NCBI RefSeq assembly: GCF_004010195.1
Contig: NC_057720.1
Coordinates: 20,228,092-20,292,091 of the forward strand
DNA length: 64,000 nt
Direction of reading: 5' to 3'
DNA from: Chiloscyllium plagiosum
Lineage: Eukaryota
Position 1 is the first letter of the stretch, and the number at the start of each line of letters is the position of its first letter. This document shows, piece after piece, positions 47,880 through 60,979 of this stretch. A program made the position numbers and the translations under genes. The notes under the pieces are model-generated. The model was not told the origin of the DNA and made no database searches. It saw only the letters and a list, made by a program, of their open reading frames with translations.

Positions 47880-48572
47880 GTGCAGCACTGGAAAAGCACA
47901 GCTGATCAGGCAACATCCAAGGAGCAGGAGAATCAACGTTTGGGGCATAAGCCCTTCATCAGGAATGTGTGGGGTGGGGCGAATGTGTGGGGTGAGGGAT
48001 AAATAGGACGGAGGATGGGTGGGGGTGGGGCTGGGCGAGGTAGCTGGGAATGCAATAAGGAGATGAAGGTGGAGGGTGATGGTGATAGGTCAGAGAGGAG
48101 GATGGAGCGGATATGTGGGAAGGAAATGGACAGGTAGGATGGTTCAAGAGGATGGTGTTAAGTTGGAGGGTTGGATCTGCAATGAGTTGGGTGGAGGGGA
48201 AATGAGGAAACTGGTGAAATCAACACTGATGCCGTGTGGTTGGAGGGTCCCAAGGTGGAAAATGAGGCGTTCTTGAGGGGAAATGAGGAAACTGGTGAAA
48301 TCAACACTGATGCCTTGGAGGGTCCCAAGGTGGAAAATGAGGCGTTCTTCCTCCAGGCGTCAGGTGGCTAGGATTTGATGGCGGAGAAGGCCAAAAATTA
48401 GCATGTTCTTGGGGGAGTGGGAGGGGCAGGGTGGTGGGGTTGGTTGGCGCATGCCTCCCAGAGATGTTCTCTGAAATATTCTGCGAGTTGGCGTTCTGTC
48501 TCCCCAGTGTAGACGAGACTAGATCGAAAGCAACGGACACAGTAGATGAGGTGCTTGGATGTGCAGACTCTC
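47880..48572 (-). mobile_element. Penelope-like 3' fragment with GIY-YIG remnant and an internal tandem duplication of about 80 bp
   Basis: HLIYCVRCFRSSLVYTGETERQLAEYFREHL on minus; GGGGAAATGAGGAAACTGGTGAAATCAAC twice (about 48196 and 48277). Confidence 0.8.
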
Positions 48573-48859
48573 AAACTCACTGTGATTAACATCTAATTCT
48601 TTCAAACCAGTCAACAGGTTCTGCTCTTCATGATGGGATCTCCTCAATACTGGGGAGATTAAATGAAACCATTGTGATGACCCTCTTCTGAACTCATGTT
48701 TTACATCTTTTCTTTTCCTTTTGCACCATCTTCTCTTTTCTCTCCTGCATTTCACCCTAGTCTAGATCTTCCCTCTTGTTCTTTTTTTCCAAAAACTGTC
48801 CCCTTCTGTGTTCACTTAAAATCTGTTATATCTCTAATATGTCCCAGGCTGTAAAAAGG

Positions 48860-50148
48860 TAATTGACCTGAATAGAGACTGTGTTGCTGGAAAAGCACAG
48901 CAGGCAAGGCAACGTCCAAGGAGCAGGAGAATTAATGTTTCAGGCAGGAGCGCTTCATCAGGAATGAGGCTTGTGAGCCGAGGGGATGGAGAGATAAATA
49001 TGTATACGGATGGTAGTGGGGAGAAAGATGAGGACCACAGGGGTTCTGTCCTTGTTGCAGTTGGAGGGGTGGGATTCAAAGGCATAGGTGCACGAAGTGG
49101 ATGAGATGCGCTGGAAGGCATCATCAAACACGTGGGAGGGGAAATTGCTCTCTTTGAAAAAGAAGACTATCTGGTGAGTTCTGTGGTGTAACTGGTTCTC
49201 TTGGGAGCAGATATGGCAGAGGTGGAGGAATTGAGGATAAGGGATAACGTTTTTACAGGAGGCAGAATGGGAGGAGGTGCAGTCCAGTTAGATGTGGGAG
49301 TCGGTAGGCTTTTTAGAAGATGTCTGTATTGAACCAATTACCATTGATGGAGATGGGGAGGTCCAGGAAGTGGAGGGAGGTGTCCGTGATAGTCCAGATA
49401 AACTTAAGGTCGGGATGGAATGGGTTGGTGAAGTTGAACCATTCAACCTCCTCGTTGGGAGCATGAGGTGGCCCCAGTGCAGTCATCAATGTAGCAGAAG
49501 AAAAGGTGGGGAATGGTGCTGGTGTAACTGCGGAAGATGGACTGTTCCACATCCAACAAAGAGACAGGCATAGCTGTATACATGCATCATCCTCCACCAT
49601 TTCTGCCACCTACAAACAGACCCCATCACCAGAGATATATTTCCACATCCATCAGAAGTTTACCTGCACTTCCACACGTCATTTACTGTATCCGTTGCTT
49701 CCGATGCGGTTTCCTCGACATTGGGGAAACAGGACACTTACTTGCAGAGCACTTCAGAGAACATCTTTGGGACAGCCACACAAACCAACCCTACCGCCCT
49801 GTGGCTGAACACTTAAGCACCCCATCCCACTCCACCAAGGACATGCAGGTCTTGGGCCTCCTCCATTGCCACTCCACCTTGGGACCCTCCAACCCACGGC
49901 ATCAATGTGGACTTCACCAGTTTCCTCATTTTCCCTTCCCCCATCTTATCCCATTTCCAAACTTCCAACTCAGCACATCTGTACATCCCCAAGGCTCACA
50001 AACCTCATTCCTGATGAAGGACTTTTACCTGAAATGCCGACTCTCCCGCTCCTCAGATGCTGCCTGACCTGCTGTGCTTTTCCAACACCACACTCTCAAT
50101 TCTGATCTCCAGCATCTGCAGTCCTCACTTTCTCCTAATTGACTGAAT
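48860..50148. mobile_element. Penelope-like element with inverted termini and coding remnants in opposite orientations
   Basis: Minus arm: RT remnant FHPDLKFIWTITDTSLHFLDL. Plus arm: HVIYCIRCFRCGFLDIGETG. Flanks TAATTGAC(C)TGAAT at 48860-48873 and 50136-50148. Confidence 0.85.
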
Positions 50149-50799
50149 CACTAACTCTGTTTCTACCTCCGCGAAGGCTGCCAGGCCAGCTGAGTATTCC
50201 CAGAACTTCCTGTTTTTATTTCAGGTTCCCAGCAATCATGGTATTTCACTTTTGTAGCCTGGCTAAACTACTCCTAAATAAAAGCTAATTTTACATTTCT
50301 CTGCTACTTGCCACAAAACAGACATATTAGTGCCAACTATACATTGTATGCATCTTCCTTAGAATTTAATTAAACTAGTTCAAAGATAATTCAAAGATCA
50401 TAGCCCTTCAATTGGTTAATCTGAATCCCATAGGTGAAAGCAGAGTTGTAATATAATACTGTTACATTTACAGTTAATTGATCTTGGCACTAAATATTCC
50501 AAAGGTTAGTCAGCATTATTCATATTCTTGTGAGCAATTAACTCAGGCAGCTTTAAAGCAGGCCCCTGTATGAACCTAACAAAAAAAAACATTATGCAAT
50601 ATTGTTCAGAGAAACTAAGGGTTGGTGGGAGGGAGTACAGAAGATTGCCATGTGAATTCACTGCCTGAAGATATGTGCAAGGATTGGAGATGGGTTCCCA
50701 ATCTACCCCAGCTGGAACAGGGGGGTGAGTTAGCATCAAACTGACCCACACTGGCCATACAGCCAACTCAGCCCGAAGAGTCTAAATTCTTGCAGCAAC

Positions 50800-52432
50800 A
50801 TTCTACACTTATATGAGGAACAAGAGGATGGCCAGAGTGAGGGTAGGGGCAATCAGGGATAGTGGAGGGAACTTGCACCTAGAGTTGAAGGAAGGGGAGG
50901 TCCTTAATGAATACTTTGTTTCAGTATTCACTACTGAGAGGGACCTTGACGTTTCTGAGGATAGCGTGAAACAAACTGATATGCTCGAACAGGTTGATGT
51001 TAAGAAAGAGGATGTGCTGAAAATTTTGAAAAATGTAAGGATAGATAAATCTCCTGGGCCAGATGGGATATCCCCTAGGATACTACAAGAATTGAGGGAA
51101 GAGGTTGCTGCGCCTTCAGCAATGATCTTTGTGTCCTCACAGTCTACTGGAGTAGTACCAGAAAATTGGAAGGTGGCAAATGTCCTTCCTTTGTTCAAGA
51201 AAGGGAATAGAGATAATCCTGGGAATATAGACCAGTCAGTCTTATGTCTGTGGTGGGCAAAGTATTGGAGAGGATTCTGAGAGACAGGATTTATGATTAC
51301 TTGGAATAGAGATTAGAGATAGTCAGCAAGGCTTTGTGAGGAGCAGATCATACCTCACAAGCCTTATTGAATTCTTTGAAGATGTGACAAAACACATTGG
51401 TGAAGGTAGAGCAATGGATGTGTATACATGGATAAGGTTCCCCATGGTAGGCTCATTCAGAAAGTAAGGAGGCATAGGATACAAGGAAACCTGTCTGTCT
51501 GAATATAGAATTGGCTGGCTTATAGAGGGTGGTGATAGATGGAAAGTTTTCAGCCTGGTGCTCGGTGACCAGTGGTGGTCCGCAGGGATCGGTTCTGGGA
51601 CCTCTGCTCTTTGTGATTTTTATAAATGACTTGGATGATGAAGTGAAAGTGTGAGTTAGTAAGCTTGCCGATGATGGGAAGGTTGTTGGAATTGTGGATA
51701 GAGTAGAGGCCTGTTGTAGCTTGTAACGGGACATTGACAGGATGCAGAACTGGGCTGAGAAGTGGCAGTTGGAGTTTTACCTGGAAAAGCGTGAAGTCAT
51801 TCACTTTGGAAGTTCAAATTTGAATGCAAAATACAGGGTTAACAGCAGGATTCTTGGTAGTGTGGAAGAACGGGCCCATGTCCATAGATCCCTCAAAGTT
51901 GCCACACAGATTGATAAAGTTGTTAAGAAGACATATAGTGTGTTGGCTGTTATTAGCAGGGGAATTGAGTTTAAGAGCAACGAGGTTATGCTGCAGCTCT
52001 ATAGGTTAGACCACACTTAGAATATTGTGTTCAATTCTGGTCGCCTCATTATAGGGAAGATCTGGAATCTTCAGTGAGGGTGCAGAGGAGATTTATCAGC
52101 TGTTGAGAGGCATAGATAGAATGAATAGACAGAGACTTTTTTCATGGTGGAAATGGCTATCATGAGGGGGCATAATTTTAAGGTGATTGGAGGAAGGTTT
52201 AGGGGAGATGTCAGAGGTAGGTTCTTTACTCAGAGTGTTGGGTGGAATGCACTGCCTGCTGTGGTAGTAGAGTTAGATACACTAGGGACATCTAAGCGAC
52301 TTTTGGATAGGCATGTGGAAGTTAGTACAATGAAGGGTATGTAAGTTAGTCTGATCTTAAAGTAGGCAAGAAGACCAGCACAACATCAAGGGTCGAAGGG
52401 ACTGTACTGTACCGTACTGGTCTATATTCTGA
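50800..52432 (+). mobile_element. CR1 LINE ORF2 fragment plus tail
   Basis: [46 protein letters not shown]. Confidence 0.92.
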
Positions 52433-53547
52433 CATGTACTTTAACGGGCCTTTGAAAGTTTATGTCAGTATGTCAGAAGGATTTGAAGGGCTTGTTGCCT
52501 ATAGTGCACTTTTCTTGGCTATCTAAAAGGAGGACTTCAATCTGAATTTTCTGGGTCACTGCATTGCAAGACATTTAGCTCGAGGATATGCAGCAGCAAT
52601 TCATTTAAACCAGAATACACCCCAAAAGGCAGAGAAAATAAATAAAAGCACCGAGACATTAATATGTCAAAAATGCGGTGATTCAATATAATACAATTGA
52701 TTTCACTGTTATATGTTGAATGTGAAGAAAGTTTTCTGCATTACTTGTTTCATTCTGTGTTGTTACAAGTGTGGTGCGTGGTTTCACACCTCCCACATTT
52801 ATCTGTGAGATGTTTTCTCTTTCTGTGACACACTTTATGTTGAAATGATGGATTGCAGTTTACCCAGAAACCACAATCTAATCGTTTTTGTTGAAGGTGT
52901 TCAGTGCTCAGAAAATTATAATTACAGTGTTGGGCATTGTAAATTAAGGAATTTAAAATAAAACACAGCACGAGCAATGTTTAAGATTTTTAATTTGAAG
53001 GAAGTGATCATTCAAAATAAGGACCATTGATTATCAAATCTAGCTACGTTCTTGAGGAAGGGTTTAGAGTTAAATTAGATAAAAGATAAATGTGTAATTC
53101 CATTGTTGAGTACAATGACTTTTTATCTTTATGCATGCACATTTCCAAAAAAACAGTTTACATTTGCTTTCACTTAGAAGCTACTGATTTCAATATTAGT
53201 GCACAAATGTTTAATCTGGTTGGACAACATTGGTGTGTCCTCTTTTTAAATTGCTAGCCAGCTTAATATATACAACTGTTCAAATAGCAGAGAGGAACAT
53301 GCAAATGCACCAACACCTGTACATTGATATCCCTAGCAGTTACCTTTAGCCTTACCTGTTTTAAATTTTTCATACATATAACAGACAAAATGAGTGAACT
53401 GTGGCTGCTGATAAATGACCTCATCAGGAAACTGTCATTAAAGTCTTTCTCTTTCCAAATATTGCCTCTCCTGCTGAATTTTCTCAGTGTTTTCCTCTAT
53501 TTCAGGCTTACCTGTGTGTATCATTGAGGCCCACGGGCTACAATAAT

Positions 53548-53879
53548 GGGCGGCATGGTGGCTCTGTGGTTAGCACTGCTGCCTCACAGCACTAGGGTCC
53601 TGGGTTCGATTCCCGCCTGTCTGCACGGAGTTTGCACATTCTCCCCGTGTCTGCGTGGGTTTCCTCCGGGTGCTCTGGTTTCCTCCCACAATCCAAAGAT
53701 GTGCAGGTTAGGTGAATTGGCCATGCTACATTGCCCACAGTGTTGGGTGCATTAGTCGGGGGTAAATACAGGGTAGGGGAATGGGTTTGGGTGGGTTTCT
53801 CTTCAGAGGGGCAGTGTGGACTTGTTGGGCCAAAGGGTCTGTTTCCACACTGTAGAGAATCTAATCTAATCTAATCTAA
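53548..53879 (+). mobile_element. HE1-type V-SINE
   Basis: B box GGTTCGATTCC, V core, (AATCT)4 tail. Confidence 0.9.
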
Positions 53880-54834
53880 AAAAAACAATAAATTCTGTTC
53901 TAATTGCAAGGGCAGTAATCTGGCAATGTGGATCAGACACTCATTGGGGAGCCCTTCTGATTTACCTCTCAATGATTTTATGCCAGGCACTGATGGTTTT
54001 CTTCCTGTGGGCTAGGAATTCCCTTTGGGAGCCCACAATGCATCTTCAGAGCAAAGCTTTAAGAGGCTGGACAGAGTCCTACTCTGCAATTCCTCCATGC
54101 TGAAAAGCAGGATCTTATTTAAGAATCTTCCTAGTGCCTGACATAAGTGGGTTTGTCTTTTGAATTGCCAAAGAAACCTATCCCAAGAATGTTTATTCCA
54201 GGAATCTTTTATTGCACTAATAGACAATCTTCTGTGGCTGTGTACATCCCTCAAGAGGGAGAATGAGTAGTTTCCCTGCAGATATTTTCAACCAATCTGT
54301 ACAGGCATGTTATGACACACATCTGGAGCAATGCTTGAAGCTTTCTGTGACTGGTTGGCCTGAGAGATTGAAGTGCATGATCGACATGACTAATTTGTCA
54401 CAGCGATTCTCCTGTTCCTTGGATGCTGCCTGACCTGCTGCGCTTCCCCAGCAACACATTTTCAGCAATAATCCTAACTGACAATTTACATGAAAGATTT
54501 TGCAAAGGATGTCCTTAAGCAACTGGTGGCATTAGGGAGGATCTAGAGAATTTAATTAAAAAAAACACATTTGTGTAAAGATTCCTCTAAGTTAATGGGT
54601 ATGTTTATTGATTTTCTTCATTTAAGAAGGATGGCACTCCTACCTTGGTAATTGATGACCACTCTTGCCAAGCAACCTTAACCTCAAGAGATGATCAATA
54701 AGTTTTATTGCCATCTGATCCTCACTGGGAGAATTTGTACAGTAATGTGCATACCTCTGAGCCAGGATGTTTAAGTCCCACCTGCTCCAGAGATATGTAA
54801 TAACATTGCTGAACAGGTTGATTAGAAAATTATT

Positions 54835-55212
54835 CTTTTTTGTTTTCATTTGTGGGACTTGGACGTGATAGCCCATTTCTATTTGCCCTTGAGAAGGTGG
54901 CAGTGGCAACTGAGTGGTTTGCTAGGCCATTTCAGAGGGCAGTTGAGAGTTAACCATATTGCTCACGTAGGCCAGACCGGGTAAGGATAGCAGATTTCCT
55001 TCCCTAAAGGGCATTAGTGAACCAGATGGGTTTTTCCAACAATTGACAAAGGTTTCATGGTCATCAGACAACCCTTGATTCCAGACTTTTTTTTATTGAA
55101 GTCAAACACAACCATCTGCCATTGTGGAATTCGAACCTGGGTCCCCAGAACATTATTCTGGATATCTGAATTAATAGTTGAACAATAATAGCACTACACC
55201 ATCACCTCCCAT
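54835..55212 (-). mobile_element. SINE family 2
   Basis: Reverse complement of the family consensus, including GGAATTCGAACC. Confidence 0.78.
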
Positions 55213-55284
55213 GACAGGAAAATATCTGAAACAATTCCATACCAACAGCCAATTTCTTCTCTGTAATGTGTTTATGGACCTAAC

Positions 55285-57157
55285 TACCATGTCTCACAAA
55301 CTTGACTGCGTTTTTTGAGGAAGTAACAAAGAGGATTGATGAGGGCAGAGCAGTTGATGTAATCTATATGGACTTCAGTAAGGTGTTCAACAAGGTTCAC
55401 CATGGAAGATTGCTTAGGTAAAAACAATGACTGCAGATGCTGGAAATCAGATTCTGGATTAGTGGTGCTGGAAGAGCACAGCAGTTCAGGCAGCATCCAA
55501 GGAGCTTCGAAATCGATGTTTCGGGCAAAAGCCCTTCATCAGGAAGGGCTTCATCATGGAAGATTGCTTAGCAAGGTTAGGTCTCATGGAATACAGGGAG
55601 AACTAGCCATTTGGATACAGAACTGGCTCAAAGGTAGAAGACAGAGGGTGGTGGTGGAGGGTTGTTTTTCAGACTGGAGGCCTGTGACCAGTGGAGTGCC
55701 TCAAGGATTGGTGCTGGGTCTTCTAATTTTTGTCATTTACATAAATGATTTGGATGCGAGCATAAGAGGTACAGTTAGTAAGTTTGTAGATGACACCAAA
55801 ATTGGAGGTGTAGTGGACAGCGAAGAGGGTTACCACAGATTATAACAGGATCTTGACCAGATGGGCCAATGGGCTGAGAAGTAACAGATGGAGTTTAATT
55901 CAGATAAGTGCAAGGTACTGCATTTTGGGGATGTAAGCCTTAGCAGGACTTATACACTTAATGGTAAGGTCCTCGGGAGTGTTGCTGAACAAAAAGTCCT
56001 TGGAGTGCAGGTGCATAGCTCCTTGAAAGTGGAATCGCAAGTAGATAGGATCGTGAAGAAGGCGTTTGGTATGCTTTCCTTTATTGGTCAGAATATTGAG
56101 TACAGGAGTTGGGAGGTCATTTTGCGGCTGTACAGGACATTGGTTTGGCCACTGTTGGAATATTGCATGTAATTCTGGTCTCCTTCCTATCGGAAAGATG
56201 TTGTGAAATCAGAAAAGATTTACAAGGATGTTACCAGGATTGGAGCCATGATTTAGAGATACCGGTGTTGGACTGGGGTGTACAAAGTTAAAAATCACAC
56301 AACACCAGGTTATAAGAGAAAATGAGGTCTGCAGATGCTGGAGATCAGAGATGGAAATGTGTTGCTGGAGAAGCGCAGCAGGTCAGGCAGCATCTAGGGA
56401 ACAGGAGAATCGACGTTTCGGGCATTAGCCCTTCTTCAGGAAGAAGGGCTAATGCCCAAAACGTCGATTCTCCTGTTCCCTAGATGCTGCCTGACCTGCT
56501 GCGCTTCTCCAGCAACACATTTCCAACACCAGATTATAGTCCAACAGGTTTAATTGGAAGCACACTAGCTTGCGGAGCGATGCTTCTTCATCAGGTGTAG
56601 TGGAGGGCTCAATCCTAACACACAGAAAATTCCGAAAGCTAGTGTGCTTCCAATTAAACCTGTTGGACTATAACCTGGTGTTGTATGATTTTTAACCAGG
56701 ATTGGAGGATTTGAGCTATTGGGAGAGGCTGAATAGGCTGGGGCTGTTTTCCCTGGAGCGTCGGAGGCTGAGGGGTGACCTTATAGAGGTTTCCAAAATT
56801 ATGAGGGGCATGGGTAGGGTAAATAGACAAAGCCTTTTACGTGGAGTGGGGGAGTCCAGAACTAGAGGCCATAGGTTTAGGGTGAGAGGGGAAAAATATA
56901 AAAGAGATCTAAGGGGCAACTTTTTCACACAGAGAGTGGTAAGTGTATGGAATGAACTACCAGAGGAAGTGGTGGAAGCTGGTACAATTGCAACATTTAA
57001 GAGGCATTTGGATGGGTATGTGAATAGGAAGGGTTAGGAGGGATACGGACTGGGTGCTGGCAGGTGGGACTAGATTGGGTTGGGATATCTGGTCGGCATG
57101 GACGGGTTGGAACGAAAGGTCTGTTTCCATGCTGGACATCTCTATGACTCTATGACC
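55285..57157 (+). mobile_element. CR1 LINE ORF2 3' part with nested PLE-end insertions (55418-55554 and 56246-56694)
   Basis: [49 protein letters not shown] at 55401-55417 and 55555-55571. Confidence 0.93.
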
Positions 57158-57204
57158 TCAACATGAAATGATGCAAAAGGAACACCATCTCGAGAAAGTC
57201 TTTA

Positions 57205-57662
57205 ACTTTCAGTAAGGTGTTTGAAATTTCCCCATGGAAGACTACTGCACAAAATATGAGAGCATGGGATTGAGGGTGATTTAGCAGTTTGGATCAGAAA
57301 TTGGCTAGCTGAAAGAAGACAGAGGGTGGTGGTTGATGAAATGTTCATCATGGAATTCAGTTACTAGTGGTGTAACGCAAGGATCTGTTTTGGGGCTACT
57401 GCTGTTTGTCATTTTTATAAATGACCTGGGTGAGAGCGTGGAAGGATGGTTTATTAAATTTGCAGATGACACTAAGGTCGGTAGAGTTGTGAATAGTGCC
57501 AAAGGATATTGTGGGTTACAGAGGAACACAGATAAGCTGCAGAGGTGGGCTGAGAGGTGGCAAGTGGAGTTTAATGCGCAAAAGTGTGAGGTGATTCTCT
57601 TTGGAAGGAGCAACAGGAATAAAGAGGACAGGGCTAATGGTATGATCCTTGGTTGTGTAGAT
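57205..57662 (+). mobile_element. CR1 LINE fragment, 5' piece of a split element
   Basis: [10 protein letters not shown]...KFADDTKVG...KCEVILFG; breaks at GTGTAGAT. Confidence 0.88.
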
Positions 57663-57963
57663 TACATTCCCCACAATGTGGAAACAGGCCCTTTGGCCCA
57701 ACCAGTCCACACCAACTCTGCGAAGAGTAACCCACCCAGACCCATTTCCCTCTGACTAATGCCCCTAACACCATGGGCAATTTAGCATGGCCAATTCACC
57801 TGACCCGCGCACCTTTGGACTGTAGGAGGAAACCAGAGCAGCCAGAGGAAATGACACAGACACTGGGAGAATGTGCAAACTCTGCACAGACAGTCGCCCG
57901 AGGCAGGAATCGAACCTGGGTCCTTGGTGCTGTGAGGCACCAGTGCGAGCCACCGACCCACCC
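57658..57963 (-). mobile_element. HE1-type V-SINE
   Basis: Same core as 35697-36003. Confidence 0.85.
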
Positions 57964-58519
57964 TTCCACCATTAATGACTTGTTGCTTAATTAATTACAA
58001 CTGTGGTGTCATGTTAAAACTTAATACTTCAAGGATTTTTAGGACTTCTTATCCTTGGTCTTCACTTTTGAATTAAGCTCGCTCTTATTTTTAAATTTAT
58101 ACTTGTGTTTGTGTTCGAAACTGCTTTTTTTTATTTTCATGGGATTTGTAAACAGCATCATTCATATCTTTCACATGAGAAAACCTTGTAACTAGCTCTT
58201 TAATCTGAAATACTATAACGCGTTAACGAAGTGTGATATAGCTACATGCCATAAAGAATTAAAAATCTTTGTTACGTGGAGCATGAAAAGAGGGGAATAA
58301 TTCATCCCTTCTGATATGGTTGTATGCCTTAACAGTGTTACAAAGGGCATAGATACTATACCTAGCCTCGGGTAATGGCATTGTTGACACTAGCTGTGAA
58401 CAGTTCAATCTTGGCAGTAACATTTTAATTTTCAATAATAAAAACGTTCCCCCAGAATATCATGAAATTAATTGATTAACTTATTAAATGGAAGTTAATA
58501 CATTTTGCTTATTATGGCA

Positions 58520-58855
58520 AGGGGACGCAATGGCCGAGTGGTATTGTTATTGGACTGTTAATCCAGAGACCCAAAGAATGTTCTGAGGACCTGGGTTCGA
58601 ATCTCGTCATGGCAGATGCTGGAATTTGAATTCAAGAAATATCTGGAATTAATGATGACCATGAGTCCATTGCTGATTGTTGGCAAAACCCATCTGGTTC
58701 ACTAATGTCCTTTAGGAAAGGAAACTGCTGTCCTTACCTGATCTGGCCTACATGTCACTCCAGACCTTCAATAATGTGGTTGAGTCTAAACTGTTCAATG
58801 GGCAATAAATGCTGCATAGATTGTGATGCCCTCATCCCACGAATGATAAAAAAAT
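58520..58855 (+). mobile_element. SINE family 2
   Basis: A box TGGCCGAGTGG, B box GGTTCGAATCT. Confidence 0.8.
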
Positions 58856-59339
58856 GAGCCTAGTTCAAAATTCATAACACTGTCATCGCAAGATGTTAAG
58901 TGCAAACATTCAGGCAAAATTTAATCTATCATGTGTTACTAAAAATGGGGTAACTGTACACGAAAAACATAAGCTACAGCATAATGTGGAGATTGACAGA
59001 TAGGTAATATAAGTGGTATTTGTTCATGAAATGCATGTGTAAAGCTTGAATACTTCAAGTGGACTGATCTGTGAGGCACTGAGACTTTGTCTTACTACTT
59101 TTTGCAACGATCAAAAGAATTCCGAAAAGGATAAAAGAAAATTCAATTTTCAGTGCTATTATCATAATGGGAAATTGCCCCAGAATACTTCCATTCAATG
59201 TAAGCACAGCAAGGTATGCACTTTCAGGGAGTGCATACTCAATACACACATAGGACTGTAAAGAGAATGAAAAATATCATATAACCATTATTTTACAATA
59301 TAGTTTTTTTAAATTAACTAATAAAATGCCTAAACAATC

Positions 59340-59700
59340 ACCTGCATTTATCGAGTAGTATTCATGACTTGGGATGTCTAAAATTAATCATGTTTTGAAA
59401 TATAATATGGGAAACCTGACAACAAACGTGCTTGCTGTACCATAAGCGCAGCAATAAATTATCTGATAACCTGTTTTCCAGTGAGAATGGTTGAAGGCCA
59501 GGCGATGAGGAGAACCGGCCTGTTCCTCATTAAGTAATAACCTAAGAGGTCAGATAAGGCCGTAACATTTCATCAAAAGTATGGTATCCTGAGAGTATTG
59601 CAGTACCCTAGTACAGCAGTGGAGTCCTATTCTGGGTGTTGTACTTAAATCCACAATCTCAGTACTTAGGTGACAGTGGTAAAATGGTCTGAAGGCTGAC
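59340..59700 (-). mobile_element. Ancient Deu-domain SINE relic
   Basis: Very degenerate reverse complement of the type seen at 32600-32890. Confidence 0.35.
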
Positions 59701-59743
59701 CCTCAAACTTAGCCATTAAATAGGCAGAAGGGGCTGAAAGTTT

Positions 59744-60425
59744 GAGCAGAGAGATCTCGGTGTCCATGTACATAGATCCCTGAAAGTTGCCCACCAGGTT
59801 GATTGGCTTATTAAGAAGGCATACGGTGTGTTCGCTTTTATTAGTAGAAGGACTGAGTTTTGGAACTATGAGGTCATGCTACTGCTATGAAAAGCTCTAG
59901 TGCAGCCACACTTGGAGTATTCCATACAGTGCAGGTCACTGCAATATAGGAAGGATGTGGAAGCTTTGTAAAGGGTTCAGAGAAGATTTACTAAGATGTT
60001 GCCTGGTATGGAGGAAGGCCTTATGAGGAAAGGCTGAGGGACTTGAGGCTGTTTTCATTATAGAGAAGAAGGTTGAGAGGTGACTTAATTGAGACATATA
60101 ATCAGAGAGTTAGATAGGATGGACAGTGAGAGCCTTTTTCCTCAGATGGTGATGGCTAGCATGAGGGGGCATAACTTTAAATTGAGGAATAATAGATATA
60201 GGACAGATGTCAGAGGTAGGTTCTTTACTCAGAGAGTAGTATGGATGTGGAACTCAATGCCTGCAACAATAGTAGACTTGCCAAATTTAAGGGCATTTAA
60301 TTGGTCACTGGGTTGACACATAGATGAAAATAGTGTAGATTAGATGGGCTTCAGATTGGGTCCACAGGTTGGTGCAATATTGAGGGCCGAAGGACCTGTA
60401 CTGCGCTGTAATGTTCTATGTTCTA
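59744..60425 (+). mobile_element. CR1 LINE fragment, 3' piece of the split element
   Basis: Begins GAGCAGAGAGATCTCGGTGTCC (EQRDLGV); ends with tail TTCTATGTTCTA. Confidence 0.88.
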
Positions 60426-60709
60426 ATTGGCTTTAATACAAAAATGCAGAATGTGTCCTTTCTTGGAAATAATTCTTTCCATAATTTAATATCAACAGAC
60501 ATTTAAAATGTGACATCCCATCAATCTGAACATATCTCACGTTGCAGCTACTGACAGGCCCTGCTGTTTTGATTTAGGATTTATTCACCAAAGAAGCAAT
60601 AATCCTACATAAATAACCTCCAGAGCCACTGTATTCAAATAATACACCTGCTGATGAGCAACATAAGTGTGAGTAAACTTGTTTATCCTTCGTTTCTGAA
60701 TCGGAATGT

Positions 60710-60959
60710 TAGAACTCTGGGATTAGAATGGTGCTGGAAAAGCACAGCCAGTCAGGCAGCATCTGAGGACCAGGAAAATCAATGTTTCGGGCAAAAGCCC
60801 TTCATCAGGAGTCCTACTGATGAAGAGCTTTTGCCAAAAACATTGATTTTCCAGCTCCTCGGATGCTGCCTGACTGGCTGTGCTTTTCCAGCACCACTCT
60901 AATCTAGACTCTGACTTCCAGCATCTGCAGTCTTCATTTTTGCCTAGAACTCTGGGATT
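60710..60959. mobile_element. Hairpin of PLE family A end, 15-bp TSD
   Basis: TAGAACTCTGGGATT at 60710-60724 and 60945-60959. Confidence 0.88.
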
Positions 60960-60979
60960 GTTAGCCTCAACTGAAGTTG

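Noticed and set aside
52750..52977. Cys/His-rich ORF
   Set aside because: No zinc-finger spacing, no convincing splice context, non-ATG start
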